32,000 bases of DNA from contig NC_007614.1 of NCBI RefSeq assembly GCF_000196355.1, positions 2,370,001 to 2,402,000 of the forward strand, in the 5' to 3' direction. A program made the translations under genes and the position numbers. The notes beneath the pieces were generated by a model. That model searched no databases. It had not been told where the DNA came from and worked only from the letters and a program-made list of their open reading frames with translations. Position 1 is the stretch's first letter, and each line of letters begins with the position of its first letter. Below, one piece after another: positions 12,279-20,785 of the stretch. This stretch comes from Nitrosospira multiformis ATCC 25196 (GTDB taxonomy: Bacteria > Pseudomonadota > Gammaproteobacteria > Burkholderiales > Nitrosomonadaceae).

Positions 12279-13079
12279 CTAAGCATTTTGCGCGGCATGG
12301 AATGCTCTTAGCACTGCGGGCAAAAACACAGTACGCACCTCTGATGCCCCGCGCAAGCTTGGCTCGATAGTAACTGTAAACCAGGACGGGTCACCCGCGA
12401 GGAAATGGAGGTGCACATCGACGAGCTCTCCATAGCGTGGAGCGATCCGCCGAATAACGGCATTGATGCGATTGAACTTGGGCCGGGCAATGCGCGCATC
12501 GGTGGCAAGAAAATTGCGAGAGTCATCGCCGAAAGTCGGGTCGTAAACTGTGCCCAGCAGAACTGGCCGTACCGGAAGCGCTTGCAGAAAAGCATCCAAC
12601 CGCTGTTGAAAGCAGGCGATGCCCTCCCCTCGGTCTGCAGCAAGACCAGCGAGAAGATCGTTGCCTCCTACTGTAACCAGGGCGACAGCAGGACCGGTTG
12701 CCTTGATACCTCGCGCCTGCCAGGAGAGATTGTCAACCACGCCGCCATCACGCGCCCGGTGGTCCAGCAGTGCAGTCATCGAGGCTGCCTGAGACAGGAG
12801 GTCGCGCCCCTTGAGCTCTGGAAACAGGAAATCATTGTTGCGAACGATCAACTGTCCTGGATGGACTCCATATTCGTTGTAGCGCCCGCAATCGAGAATC
12901 GAATCCCCAAATGTGAAGACGGTGAATACCTTGTTCTTCGCTGAAATCGTTCTACTTAATGCCACAGCCATGGGTCCGGCCATAAGGGCTTGCAGAAAAC
13001 ATCGGCGCATCACTCTATTTTCATGTGACAAGAGAACGGCTGGGCGTCGGCTGCACCGGTGTTTATACACCCTGCGCAA
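12279..13079 (-). CDS. SGNH/GDSL-type hydrolase (likely real start near 13010)
   Basis: FTFGDSILDCGRYNEYG (GDS block), VTVGGNDLL (GxND block) and a C-terminal DVHLHFLAGDPSWF His/Asp region. A Met at codon 24 starts MRRCFLQALMAGPMAVALS, a more signal-like N-terminus. Confidence 0.8.
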   Translation of the reverse strand: MRRVYKHRCSRRPAVLLSHENRVMRRCFLQALMAGPMAVALSRTISAKNKVFTVFTFGDSILDCGRYNEYGVHPGQLIVRNNDFLFPELKGRDLLSQAASMTALLDHRARDGGVVDNLSWQARGIKATGPAVALVTVGGNDLLAGLAADRGEGIACFQQRLDAFLQALPVRPVLLGTVYDPTFGDDSRNFLATDARIARPKFNRINAVIRRIAPRYGELVDVHLHFLAGDPSWFTVTIEPSLRGASEVRTVFLPAVLRAFHAAQNA

Positions 13080-13731
13080 GCAATGGATAATCCGTAATCA
13101 CCCCATCCACGCCCAGTTGCCGGCACTCCTCATGCTCGGCCCGGGTTACCGGACCGTAAACGAAGTTGCGAAAACCCCTGGCGGCCGCCTGTGCCAACAT
13201 GGCCTGATCCAACACATTGTAATCCCAAACCAGATGGTTGATCCTGGCGTTGCCCTCACAATCGAAACCAGCCCACAGGGAATCGAGGGTTTGCGGTCGG
13301 TGCGCGACCAGCAGGCCGCAATCGAGCTTTAATGAGGATGCGCAGATTGCAATCAGATCATGCCGGAAGGAGCTAACGATAATACGATGGCAGGCTTGAT
13401 ACTTTTCCAGAACACCGAATACGGTCGACAAGCGATGCGGGGTTTTGAGTTCGATATTCCAGAGTATGTCGGGAAAATGCGCGAGCGCCTCATCCAGGGT
13501 AGGTATTTTATGCCCCAGCACATCTTCGATTTCGCAATGGGCAAGATCAGATACTGCCTGTCCGGTTGCCATTACCCGATCATGAACCAGTACCGGTACA
13601 CCATCCCGGCTCATGCGCACATCCGTCTCGATACCGTTTACCCCTGCCATTATCGCTGCGTCAAAAGCTTCGAGCGTATTTTCCGGAGCTGTCACGTGAT
13701 AACCACGATGCGCCAATACCAGCATATTCAA
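13063..13731 (-). CDS. Glycerophosphodiester phosphodiesterase family protein
   Basis: LAHRGYHVTAPENTLEAFDAAIMAGVNGIETDVRMSRDGVPVLVHD; WNIELKT; DGVITDYP. Confidence 0.93.
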   Translation of the reverse strand: MNMLVLAHRGYHVTAPENTLEAFDAAIMAGVNGIETDVRMSRDGVPVLVHDRVMATGQAVSDLAHCEIEDVLGHKIPTLDEALAHFPDILWNIELKTPHRLSTVFGVLEKYQACHRIIVSSFRHDLIAICASSLKLDCGLLVAHRPQTLDSLWAGFDCEGNARINHLVWDYNVLDQAMLAQAAARGFRNFVYGPVTRAEHEECRQLGVDGVITDYPLLAQGV

Positions 13732-14555
13732 TGTCTTCCCAGGCTCGCATCTATGAATTTACCCAAAGCCTTCGCCCAGTCTTCCCTGGTGTAAATGAAG
13801 CCCTCATTGTGACCGCCCTGCAGCTCAATGAATCGCTTCGGATTGCGTGCTGCCTCGTACAGGGCTTGCCCTTGCTTGAACGGCACAATTTCATCCTGAG
13901 GACTGTGCGCGATGAATACGGGACAGCTCACATCCTTCAAATGCTCGAGAGTGTTGTATTTGAAACGGGAAAGCCGCCGAATGGGAAGATAGGGATACAG
14001 TTGCGCTCCCATGTCAGGAACCGAGGTAAACGCGGAAGTCAGAACCAGGACACCGGGTATTTCGCGGGCGGCCAGCCAGGAAGCGATTGCACCCCCTAAA
14101 GATTCCCCGAACAACACAACATCGGCAGGCGGAATTGCCTTCTTTTCGGTTATGTAGCGCCATGCAGCAACAGCATCCCGGTATGTCCCCTGCTCGGTCG
14201 GTTTACCGCTACTTTCGCCGTAGCCGCGATAATCGAAAATGAAGGTGTTATATCCCAGGCGGTAAAACATCGACAAATAATCGATCCGTTGGGAAATGTT
14301 CCCCGCATTCCCGTGAAAAAACAGGACAGTCGCTTTCGCATGAGATGCCGGGACAAACCAGCCATGCAGCCTTTCGCCATCCGCAGTCTCCAGTTCCACA
14401 GACTCATACGCGAGACCCGACTCACCCGGAGTCCCGGTGATGCCACGCCCGATTTCGGGATAATAAACGAGACTGGGCTGGGCGAAGAATATCACTGCCG
14501 CGAAAACGACATAGATAAGTGCAGCCATGATGGCCAAGCTGAGCAGCATGCGCAT
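13728..14555 (-). CDS. Membrane-anchored alpha/beta hydrolase
   Basis: N-terminal TM; FFHGNAGNISQR, FIFDYRGYGESSGKPTEQGTYRD, VLFGESLGGAIAS (nucleophile elbow GESLG), HSPQDEIVPF, GGHNEGF. Confidence 0.9.
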   Translation of the reverse strand: MRMLLSLAIMAALIYVVFAAVIFFAQPSLVYYPEIGRGITGTPGESGLAYESVELETADGERLHGWFVPASHAKATVLFFHGNAGNISQRIDYLSMFYRLGYNTFIFDYRGYGESSGKPTEQGTYRDAVAAWRYITEKKAIPPADVVLFGESLGGAIASWLAAREIPGVLVLTSAFTSVPDMGAQLYPYLPIRRLSRFKYNTLEHLKDVSCPVFIAHSPQDEIVPFKQGQALYEAARNPKRFIELQGGHNEGFIYTREDWAKALGKFIDASLGRH

Positions 14556-14634
14556 GGATCGTTTAATCCGCAGTTAAACACCGAAGCCGACAGCTATAAT
14601 AGCGATTTTTCAGTGAACAGTAACAGGAACAAGA

Positions 14635-15183
14635 ATGAATCTTGACAGAGTCAGCTCCGGCCGTGACGTGCCGAACGATTTCAATGTCATCATAGAAATA
14701 CCCATGAACGCTGACCCCATCAAATACGAGGTGAATAAGGAAACGGGTGCAATGTTCGTTGATCGCTTCATGTCGACATGCATGCACTATCCCTGTAACT
14801 ACGGTTATATCCCGCACACCCTCTCGGAAGATGGAGATCCGGTGGATGTTCTGGTAATTTCACCGGTTCCACTCATCTCAGGAGTGGTGGTAAGGTGCCG
14901 GCCACTGGGTATGCTTCAAATGACCGATGAGGCGGGCGGAGATGCGAAGGTCCTGGCGGTGCCAATCGACAAACTGTGCGCTCTCTATCGCGGGGTGAAA
15001 TCTCACGCCGACTTGTCTGAACTGACACGCTCACAGATTGCCCATTTTTTTGAACACTACAAGGACCTGGAACCCGGCAAATGGGTGAAGATAACCGGAT
15101 GGGCAGGGGTGACGGAAGCCGAAGTGGAAATTACAAGCGGAGTGAATCGCTATAACGCGGCCGCGAAAAAACCAATGTTTTAA
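14635..15183 (+). CDS. ppa: Inorganic pyrophosphatase
   Basis: [53 protein letters not shown]. Confidence 0.95.
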   Translation: MNLDRVSSGRDVPNDFNVIIEIPMNADPIKYEVNKETGAMFVDRFMSTCMHYPCNYGYIPHTLSEDGDPVDVLVISPVPLISGVVVRCRPLGMLQMTDEAGGDAKVLAVPIDKLCALYRGVKSHADLSELTRSQIAHFFEHYKDLEPGKWVKITGWAGVTEAEVEITSGVNRYNAAAKKPMF

Positions 15184-15244
15184 AAGCAATGTCAAGGTTT
15201 CAGAGCTTGGCAGAACACCGCCAAACAACGGGCAGCATGAAAAA

Positions 15245-15853
15245 ATGAGTTGGCTCGAACGCATCGTATTGAAGGGCGAGGTTGTCACCCTGGAACCGCT
15301 TGCGCCTGATCACATCGAGCCTTTGCGATGGGCGGTCAGGGATGGAGAATTCTGGAAGCTGTGGTTTGCAAACGTGCCCCCGCCCGAGCAGATGGAAAAC
15401 TATGTAATCACCGCCATCGAAAACGCTGAAAAAGGAAACATCGCATTTGCGGTAAGACTGAATGCGACAGATGGAATAGTGGGCACGACCCGTTTCTATA
15501 ACGTGGATGAAGCGAACAGGCGCCCGATGCTCGGCTACACCTGGTATGCAAAATCCGCCTGTAAAACAGGGGTGAACACGGAAAGCAAGCTGTTATTGCT
15601 TCAGCATGTCTTCGAGAAAAAGAAAGCGCTAGCGGTAGAGTTCAGAACACATTTTTTCAACCAGGTTTCGAGGAGCGCAATTGAACGCCTGGGTGCGAAA
15701 CAGGATGGAATATTGCGCAACCACCAGATCATGCGCGACGGCTCCATCCGCGATACCGTCATTTATTCGATCCTCCAGCATGAATGGCCCTCAGTGAAGA
15801 ACAATCTGCTAAACAGACTCTCGTCTAACCGGGGGGAGCCGGCGCCCGAATAA
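15245..15853 (+). CDS. GNAT family N-acetyltransferase
   Basis: LEPLAPDHIEPLRWA, FAVRLNATDGIVGTTRFYNVDEANRRPMLGYTWYAKSACKTGVNTESKLLLLQHVFE, GAKQDGILRNHQIMRDG. Confidence 0.85.
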   Translation: MSWLERIVLKGEVVTLEPLAPDHIEPLRWAVRDGEFWKLWFANVPPPEQMENYVITAIENAEKGNIAFAVRLNATDGIVGTTRFYNVDEANRRPMLGYTWYAKSACKTGVNTESKLLLLQHVFEKKKALAVEFRTHFFNQVSRSAIERLGAKQDGILRNHQIMRDGSIRDTVIYSILQHEWPSVKNNLLNRLSSNRGEPAPE

Positions 15854-15994
15854 TATATTGCATTATCATTAGATATATCGCAGGCTCCGCTCCTTCCACA
15901 GGAACTTCAAAAGCGGTCAAGCCCTCCAAGGCTCAGGGTGACCCAATCGCATATAGTCGCCGTCACATCGAGGAATACAAAATGGGGAGCGGGC

Positions 15995-16732
15995 ATGAAT
16001 CGACGAAAACTGCTGGGATTGCTCGGGATAGCCGGAATCGGCATGGCAGGACGGCATTCATCCCTCCATTCCGGGAATGAGGAGGTAGCCCGTAAAATGA
16101 TTTCATGCGTGGTAACTCCCCAGCAAACGGAAGGTCCTTATTTCGTCGATGAACGCCTGCACCGTTCAGATATTCGATCCGATCCTTCCGATGGCTCGGT
16201 AAAGGCTGGCCTTCCGCTTGCACTCGAACTGCGCATTTTCACGGTGGGCAACGAGGGCATGGAAGGGTGCCTGCCGCTTGCCAATGCCATAGTCGACATC
16301 TGGCACTGCGATGCGCAGGGAATCTATTCCGATGTCGAGGACAGGAATTTCAATACAATGGGAAAGAAATTCCTGCGCGGCTACCAGTTAACGGACAGGA
16401 ACGGCAGCGTGCGTTTTATCACCATTTATCCAGGGTGGTATCCTGGCAGAACCGTTCATATTCATTTCAAGATACGGACCGATCCCGGTTATGCGCGCGG
16501 CCGCGAATTTACATCGCAACTCTACTTCGATGATGCGATTACCGATAAGGTGCACGCACAACCCCCTTATGCCGAACACGCCAGCAAGGGTTCATATCAG
16601 CAGAGAACCAGGAATGAAGATGACAGCATTTATCTCAAGGGTGGAAGGCAACTGATGCTCAAGCTTGCCGGAGCAGAGACAGGCTATGCGACTGCATTCG
16701 ACGTGGGGCTGGAAGCGGAAAAAAGAGATTGA
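15995..16732 (+). CDS. Intradiol ring-cleavage dioxygenase-like protein with a twin-arginine-like leader
   Basis: The ATG at 15995 gives MNRRKLLGLLGIAGIGMAG. Then TPQQTEGPYFVDERLHRSDIR, ANAIVDIWHCDAQGIYSDV, FITIYPGWYPGRTVHIHFKI, TSQLYFDD; fits the protocatechuate/catechol 1,2-dioxygenase-like family. Confidence 0.85.
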   Translation: MNRRKLLGLLGIAGIGMAGRHSSLHSGNEEVARKMISCVVTPQQTEGPYFVDERLHRSDIRSDPSDGSVKAGLPLALELRIFTVGNEGMEGCLPLANAIVDIWHCDAQGIYSDVEDRNFNTMGKKFLRGYQLTDRNGSVRFITIYPGWYPGRTVHIHFKIRTDPGYARGREFTSQLYFDDAITDKVHAQPPYAEHASKGSYQQRTRNEDDSIYLKGGRQLMLKLAGAETGYATAFDVGLEAEKRD

Positions 16733-16788
16733 AGGTCGGATGGGTCAGGATCCTATACCCTTGTTGGAAAGGGGAGCCTACGCTCAGA

Positions 16789-18011
16789 TGTAGTAGTCGC
16801 GATCCCATCAGACAGTTTCCCGATTTGACTGGTGCAGTTGTCAGATCAGATTCAACTGTTCAGTAATGTGATTTTATCGTTCCACACCTCCTTTCCGTCA
16901 ATTAATGTTTGCATGGGTGTTCGCCCGCAGCACATCTTGCCCTGATGAGTGCGGTCGTGATTGTAGTAGTGCAGCCAGTCATCCAGGTCAATTTGCAACT
17001 CCTCGATTGATCGGTATATCTTGCGCCGGAACGCGACCTGGTAGAACTCTTGCAGGATCGTCTTGTGAAAGCGCTCACAGATGCCGTTGGTCTGCGGATG
17101 ATTGGCTTTGGTGCGAGTATGTTCAATATCATTGAGCGCCAGATAGAGCTGATAATCGTGAGTCTCTGGCTTGCCGCAATATTCAGTGCCTCGGTCGGTC
17201 AGAATTCGGATCAGGCCCATGTCCTGTTCTGCAAAGAAGGGTAGTACCCGATCGTTGAGCAAATCCGCGCCTGTAATCGGCGTTTTGGTCGTATAGAGCT
17301 TGGCTGTGGCCCACTTGGAGTAGGTGTCGACGAAGGTCTGCTGATAAATACGACCCACGCCCTTGATCGTGCCCACATAGAAGGTATCCTGACTGCCAAG
17401 GTAGCCTGAATGGGCGGTTTCCACCTCCCCATGGGCGACATCGTCGTCCTGCTTCTTCTCCAGGGCACTAACCTGCGCTTCGGTCAGCACTTCTCCAGTC
17501 TGCGCGATATGACATTCCAGTGCCGCCAACCGCTTCTTGAATGATTCCAGGTCCCTGCGCAGCCAGACAGAGCGAACGCCTGAAGGAGAAATGAAGATGC
17601 CGCGTTTGCGTAACTCGTTGGAAACGCGCACTTGCCCGAATGCAGGCTGCTCAAGGGCAAATGCAGCTACCGCCATCTCGACTGCTTCTTCAACTCTATT
17701 CTTGGGATTGGGCTTCCTTCGATTGGCATCAATCAGGGCATCGATACCACCATTTTCCATCGCTGACTGATACCGATAGAAGGTATCCCGGGAAAAGCCC
17801 ATCACCTTGCAGGCACGCGATACATTGCCAAGCTCGGCTGCCAGATTAAGCAGCCCTACCTTGTGCTTAATAACATTTTGTTGAACACTACTCATGGGGT
17901 TACTCCTTTGCGCTTTCAGCGCTCAATTTGATAAAGATTCGCACCTCTATCAAACCGGGTAACCCCGCTTTTCGCAAGGCCCTACTGTCAGATTAAATCT
18001 GAACTACTACA
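16789..18011 (-). mobile_element. IS481-like insertion sequence, copy 1 (1223 bp)
   Basis: Terminal imperfect inverted repeats TGTAGTAGTCGCGATCCCATCAGACA / TGTAGTAGTTCAGATTTAATCTGACA, flanked by 7-bp direct repeats GCTCAGA (16782-16788 and 18012-18018). Encodes a DDE transposase; near-identical to copy 2. Confidence 0.93.
16852..17895 (-). CDS. IS481-like DDE transposase, copy 1
   Basis: 347 aa; HTH NVSRACKVMGFSRDTFYRY; catalytic region FVDTYSKWA, ILTDRGTEYCG, HPQTNGICERFHKTILQEF. Confidence 0.95.
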   Translation of the reverse strand: MSSVQQNVIKHKVGLLNLAAELGNVSRACKVMGFSRDTFYRYQSAMENGGIDALIDANRRKPNPKNRVEEAVEMAVAAFALEQPAFGQVRVSNELRKRGIFISPSGVRSVWLRRDLESFKKRLAALECHIAQTGEVLTEAQVSALEKKQDDDVAHGEVETAHSGYLGSQDTFYVGTIKGVGRIYQQTFVDTYSKWATAKLYTTKTPITGADLLNDRVLPFFAEQDMGLIRILTDRGTEYCGKPETHDYQLYLALNDIEHTRTKANHPQTNGICERFHKTILQEFYQVAFRRKIYRSIEELQIDLDDWLHYYNHDRTHQGKMCCGRTPMQTLIDGKEVWNDKITLLNS

Positions 18012-18013
18012 GC

Positions 18014-20458
18014 TCAGACAAGCTTGAACTCCGACTCCTGACGTCGCGCCCGCTGACCCAGCGATGCCTGAATCGCATCGTCCACTGTTTCCAGAAAAAC
18101 GAACTCCAAGGTGGAACGCGTTGTTTCCGGCACCTCGCGCAGGTCTTTCTCGTTGCGCGCGGGCAGCAGCACCACGCGTAAGCCCGCCCGCTGGGCTGCA
18201 AGCACCTTCTCCTTGATACCTCCCACCGGCAGCACCATCCCTCGCAGGCTGATCTCTCCCGTCATCGCCACATCCCGGTGTACCGGGCGGTTGGTAAAGA
18301 GCGAAGAAAGCGCTATGAACATCGCCACCCCTGCACTGGGACCATCTTTAGGAATAGCCCCTGCTGGTACATGCACGTGCACGTCGATGCCTTCAAATAC
18401 GGATGCGGGGATGTGAAGACTGTCTGCCCGGCCTTTCAACAACGTAAGCGCCGCCTGCGCACTTTCCTTCATCACGCCGCCAAGCTGCCCGGTTAGGATA
18501 AGCTGCCCACGTCCGCTCACCCGTGTTGCCTCGATAAAAAGAATGTCACCGCCTACGGGTGTCCAGGCAAGTCCCGTTGCAACACCTGGCAAACTGGTGA
18601 GCAGCCCGGTCTCGTGCTCGAATTTGGCAGGGCCGAGGATAGTATCCAGATCTGCGGCATCCACGCGTACCTTAGCCTCTGCATCCGACGCAACACGCAT
18701 GGCTGCATGCCGCATGACGCGCCCGATCTCCCGTTCGAGTTGCCGCACTCCCGCCTCACGGGTGTAATTGGCGATGATGCCATCGAGCGCTTCCACCGAT
18801 ATTTCGCACTGATCCTCGCTGAGGCCGTTTACCTCGCGTTGACGCCCCACGAGGTAACGCTGGGCGATCTGAAGCTTTTCCTCCCGGGTGTAGCCCGGGA
18901 GATCAATAATCTCCATCCGGTCGCGCACTGGAGGCGGCACGTTGTCAATAACATTCGCGGTGGCGATGAAAACAACACGGCTCAAATCGAAGGGCACCCC
19001 CAGGTAATTGTCCCGGAACGTAGAATTCTGCTCGGGATCCAGCACCTCTAGCAGAGCTGCCGATGGGTCGCCGTGGAGGCTGGCTGACATCTTATCCACC
19101 TCATCGAGCATCATCACGCAGTTTCGAGCGCCAGCCTTGCGCAGGCTCTGCACAATGTTACCCGGCATGGCGCCAATGTAGGTGCGACGATGGCCTCGCA
19201 TTTCCGCCTCGTCATGCACGCCACCCAATGATACGCGCACGAAGGGCCGCTGCAATGCCCGTGCTATGCTCTGGCCCAGCGAAGTCTTGCCTACCCCCGG
19301 TGGTCCGACAAAACACAGGATAGGAGCACGCCCTTGGGGCTTCAACTTCTGAACGGCCAGGAATTCAATAATGCGCTGTTTGACGCGCTCCAGCCCGAAA
19401 TGATCGTGTTCGAGAATTCGGCGTGCGGCATCGAGGTCAATAGGTGCATCTTCCGGGAGCTTCCAGGGCAACTCTGTCATCCATTCGAGGTAGGTATGCA
19501 GCATCGAATACTCGCTTGAAGCCGGAGGCATGCGCTTTAAGCGCTGCAATTCCTTTCTGGCCTGCGCCTCGATCTCTTCCGGCATGCCAGCCTTGGCCAC
19601 CGCTTCATCCAGCTTCTCTATTTCCTGGTCGTCCCCCTCCGTCTCGCCGAGTTCTTTCTGGATCGTCTTCAATTGCTCCCGCAACAGAAACTTGCGTTCA
19701 CGGTCTTCCAGATGCTCCTTCGTACGCTCACCAATCTCCTGGGATAATCTCAGTACCTCGATACGACGCGACAAAATCTGCAGCACCTTTCGCAGCCGCT
19801 CCTCGGTACTGACCGTTTCAAGCAGCATCTGCTTCTCCGCAACTTCGGTATCGAGCAGGCTTGCCGCGATATCAGCCAGGTGCGAAGGGGCGCGGGTCGC
19901 TTGTAGCGCATGCGCCAGTTCTGCCGGTACGCCGGGCAGCAGGGAAAGAATCTCCACCGTGCGCTCCCGCAATTGCATCGCCAGGGCTTCAGCTTCCGTC
20001 GATACCTCATCAGGCTCCGCAATAAGTCGCACACGGGCAGCGAGAAAAGGACGATCCTCGATCATTTCCTCGATGGAAAAGCGCCCCAACCCCTGACACA
20101 CGGCATGCCGCAGCCCGTCGGATGAGGCAAGATGCCGCACAACGTTCACCACGGTACCTACATTAAACAGCGCATCCTGCCCCGGCTCATCCACAGCAGG
20201 ATCTTTCTGCAGAATGATGCCTAGGGGCCTTTTAGGATCGAGCGCATGTTCCAGCGCAGCAATGGATTTGGCACGACCCACGGTGATTGCAGTCAGAACA
20301 TGCGGGAATAGCACTATATTGCGCATGGGTATGAGGGCAATCACGTCCTGAGGTAATTCCGGCTTGGCTACGATAAGCTCTCCCATGGCGGTCTCTCTGT
20401 AGAAACATTCGAGGAATCGGCTGAGCAATCCGTGTAGTTCCGACTCGGATGCGCTCAA
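18014..20458 (-). CDS. lon: ATP-dependent protease La (Lon)
   Basis: 814 aa; RNIVLFPHVLTAITVGR, FVGPPGVGKTSLGQSIARAL, IGAMPGNIVQSLRKAG, GPSAGVAMFIALSS (catalytic Ser), GGIKEKVLAAQRAG (catalytic Lys). Confidence 0.98.
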   Translation of the reverse strand: MSASESELHGLLSRFLECFYRETAMGELIVAKPELPQDVIALIPMRNIVLFPHVLTAITVGRAKSIAALEHALDPKRPLGIILQKDPAVDEPGQDALFNVGTVVNVVRHLASSDGLRHAVCQGLGRFSIEEMIEDRPFLAARVRLIAEPDEVSTEAEALAMQLRERTVEILSLLPGVPAELAHALQATRAPSHLADIAASLLDTEVAEKQMLLETVSTEERLRKVLQILSRRIEVLRLSQEIGERTKEHLEDRERKFLLREQLKTIQKELGETEGDDQEIEKLDEAVAKAGMPEEIEAQARKELQRLKRMPPASSEYSMLHTYLEWMTELPWKLPEDAPIDLDAARRILEHDHFGLERVKQRIIEFLAVQKLKPQGRAPILCFVGPPGVGKTSLGQSIARALQRPFVRVSLGGVHDEAEMRGHRRTYIGAMPGNIVQSLRKAGARNCVMMLDEVDKMSASLHGDPSAALLEVLDPEQNSTFRDNYLGVPFDLSRVVFIATANVIDNVPPPVRDRMEIIDLPGYTREEKLQIAQRYLVGRQREVNGLSEDQCEISVEALDGIIANYTREAGVRQLEREIGRVMRHAAMRVASDAEAKVRVDAADLDTILGPAKFEHETGLLTSLPGVATGLAWTPVGGDILFIEATRVSGRGQLILTGQLGGVMKESAQAALTLLKGRADSLHIPASVFEGIDVHVHVPAGAIPKDGPSAGVAMFIALSSLFTNRPVHRDVAMTGEISLRGMVLPVGGIKEKVLAAQRAGLRVVLLPARNEKDLREVPETTRSTLEFVFLETVDDAIQASLGQRARRQESEFKLV

Positions 20459-20512
20459 TAGCTTTAGCGATCCGGCTGCAATACCGCAGCAACAAGGACA
20501 CTCATTCTCTTT

Positions 20513-20540
20513 AGTCTAGCACCGGACGGCTGCGGGTCAA
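20513..20540 (-). promoter_or_regulatory. Candidate sigma70-type promoter for lon
   Basis: On the minus strand: TTGACC (20540-20535), 16-nt spacer, TAGACT (20518-20513), about 55 nt upstream of the lon start. Matches by eye only. Confidence 0.35.
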
Positions 20541-20785
20541 CTTCTTATACCCGTTGAGGGGTTGGCATCGGTATCTTCATCTCCGTGTTTCCTGTCAAGT
20601 GAGGGAAAAAGCGGAGGGAATTGTAAGTGGCTTCAAGAGGCAAATATGCTGGAACAGATCATTCAAACATTGACGGGAAGAACGCCTGGCAAGATAGAAT
20701 CACGGCAGGAGCATCGGGAGATGTTCCGATGTATTACCTTTTCTCAACCGATAGCCCACATTGCTGCTGGGACAATCAAATGAAC

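Noticed and set aside
16902-17132. Extra ORFs inside the IS copies (e.g. 16902..17132, 17211..17468, 17537..17770 and their copy 2 counterparts)
   Set aside because: Shadows of the transposase gene in other frames. Their exact duplication in copy 2 only reflects that the IS is duplicated.
18111-20125. Numerous plus-strand ORFs opposite lon (e.g. 18614..19051, 19444..19812, 19530..20096)
   Set aside because: Low-complexity, Arg/Ser/Cys-rich translations typical of antisense frames of a strong high-GC coding gene; no domain signatures.
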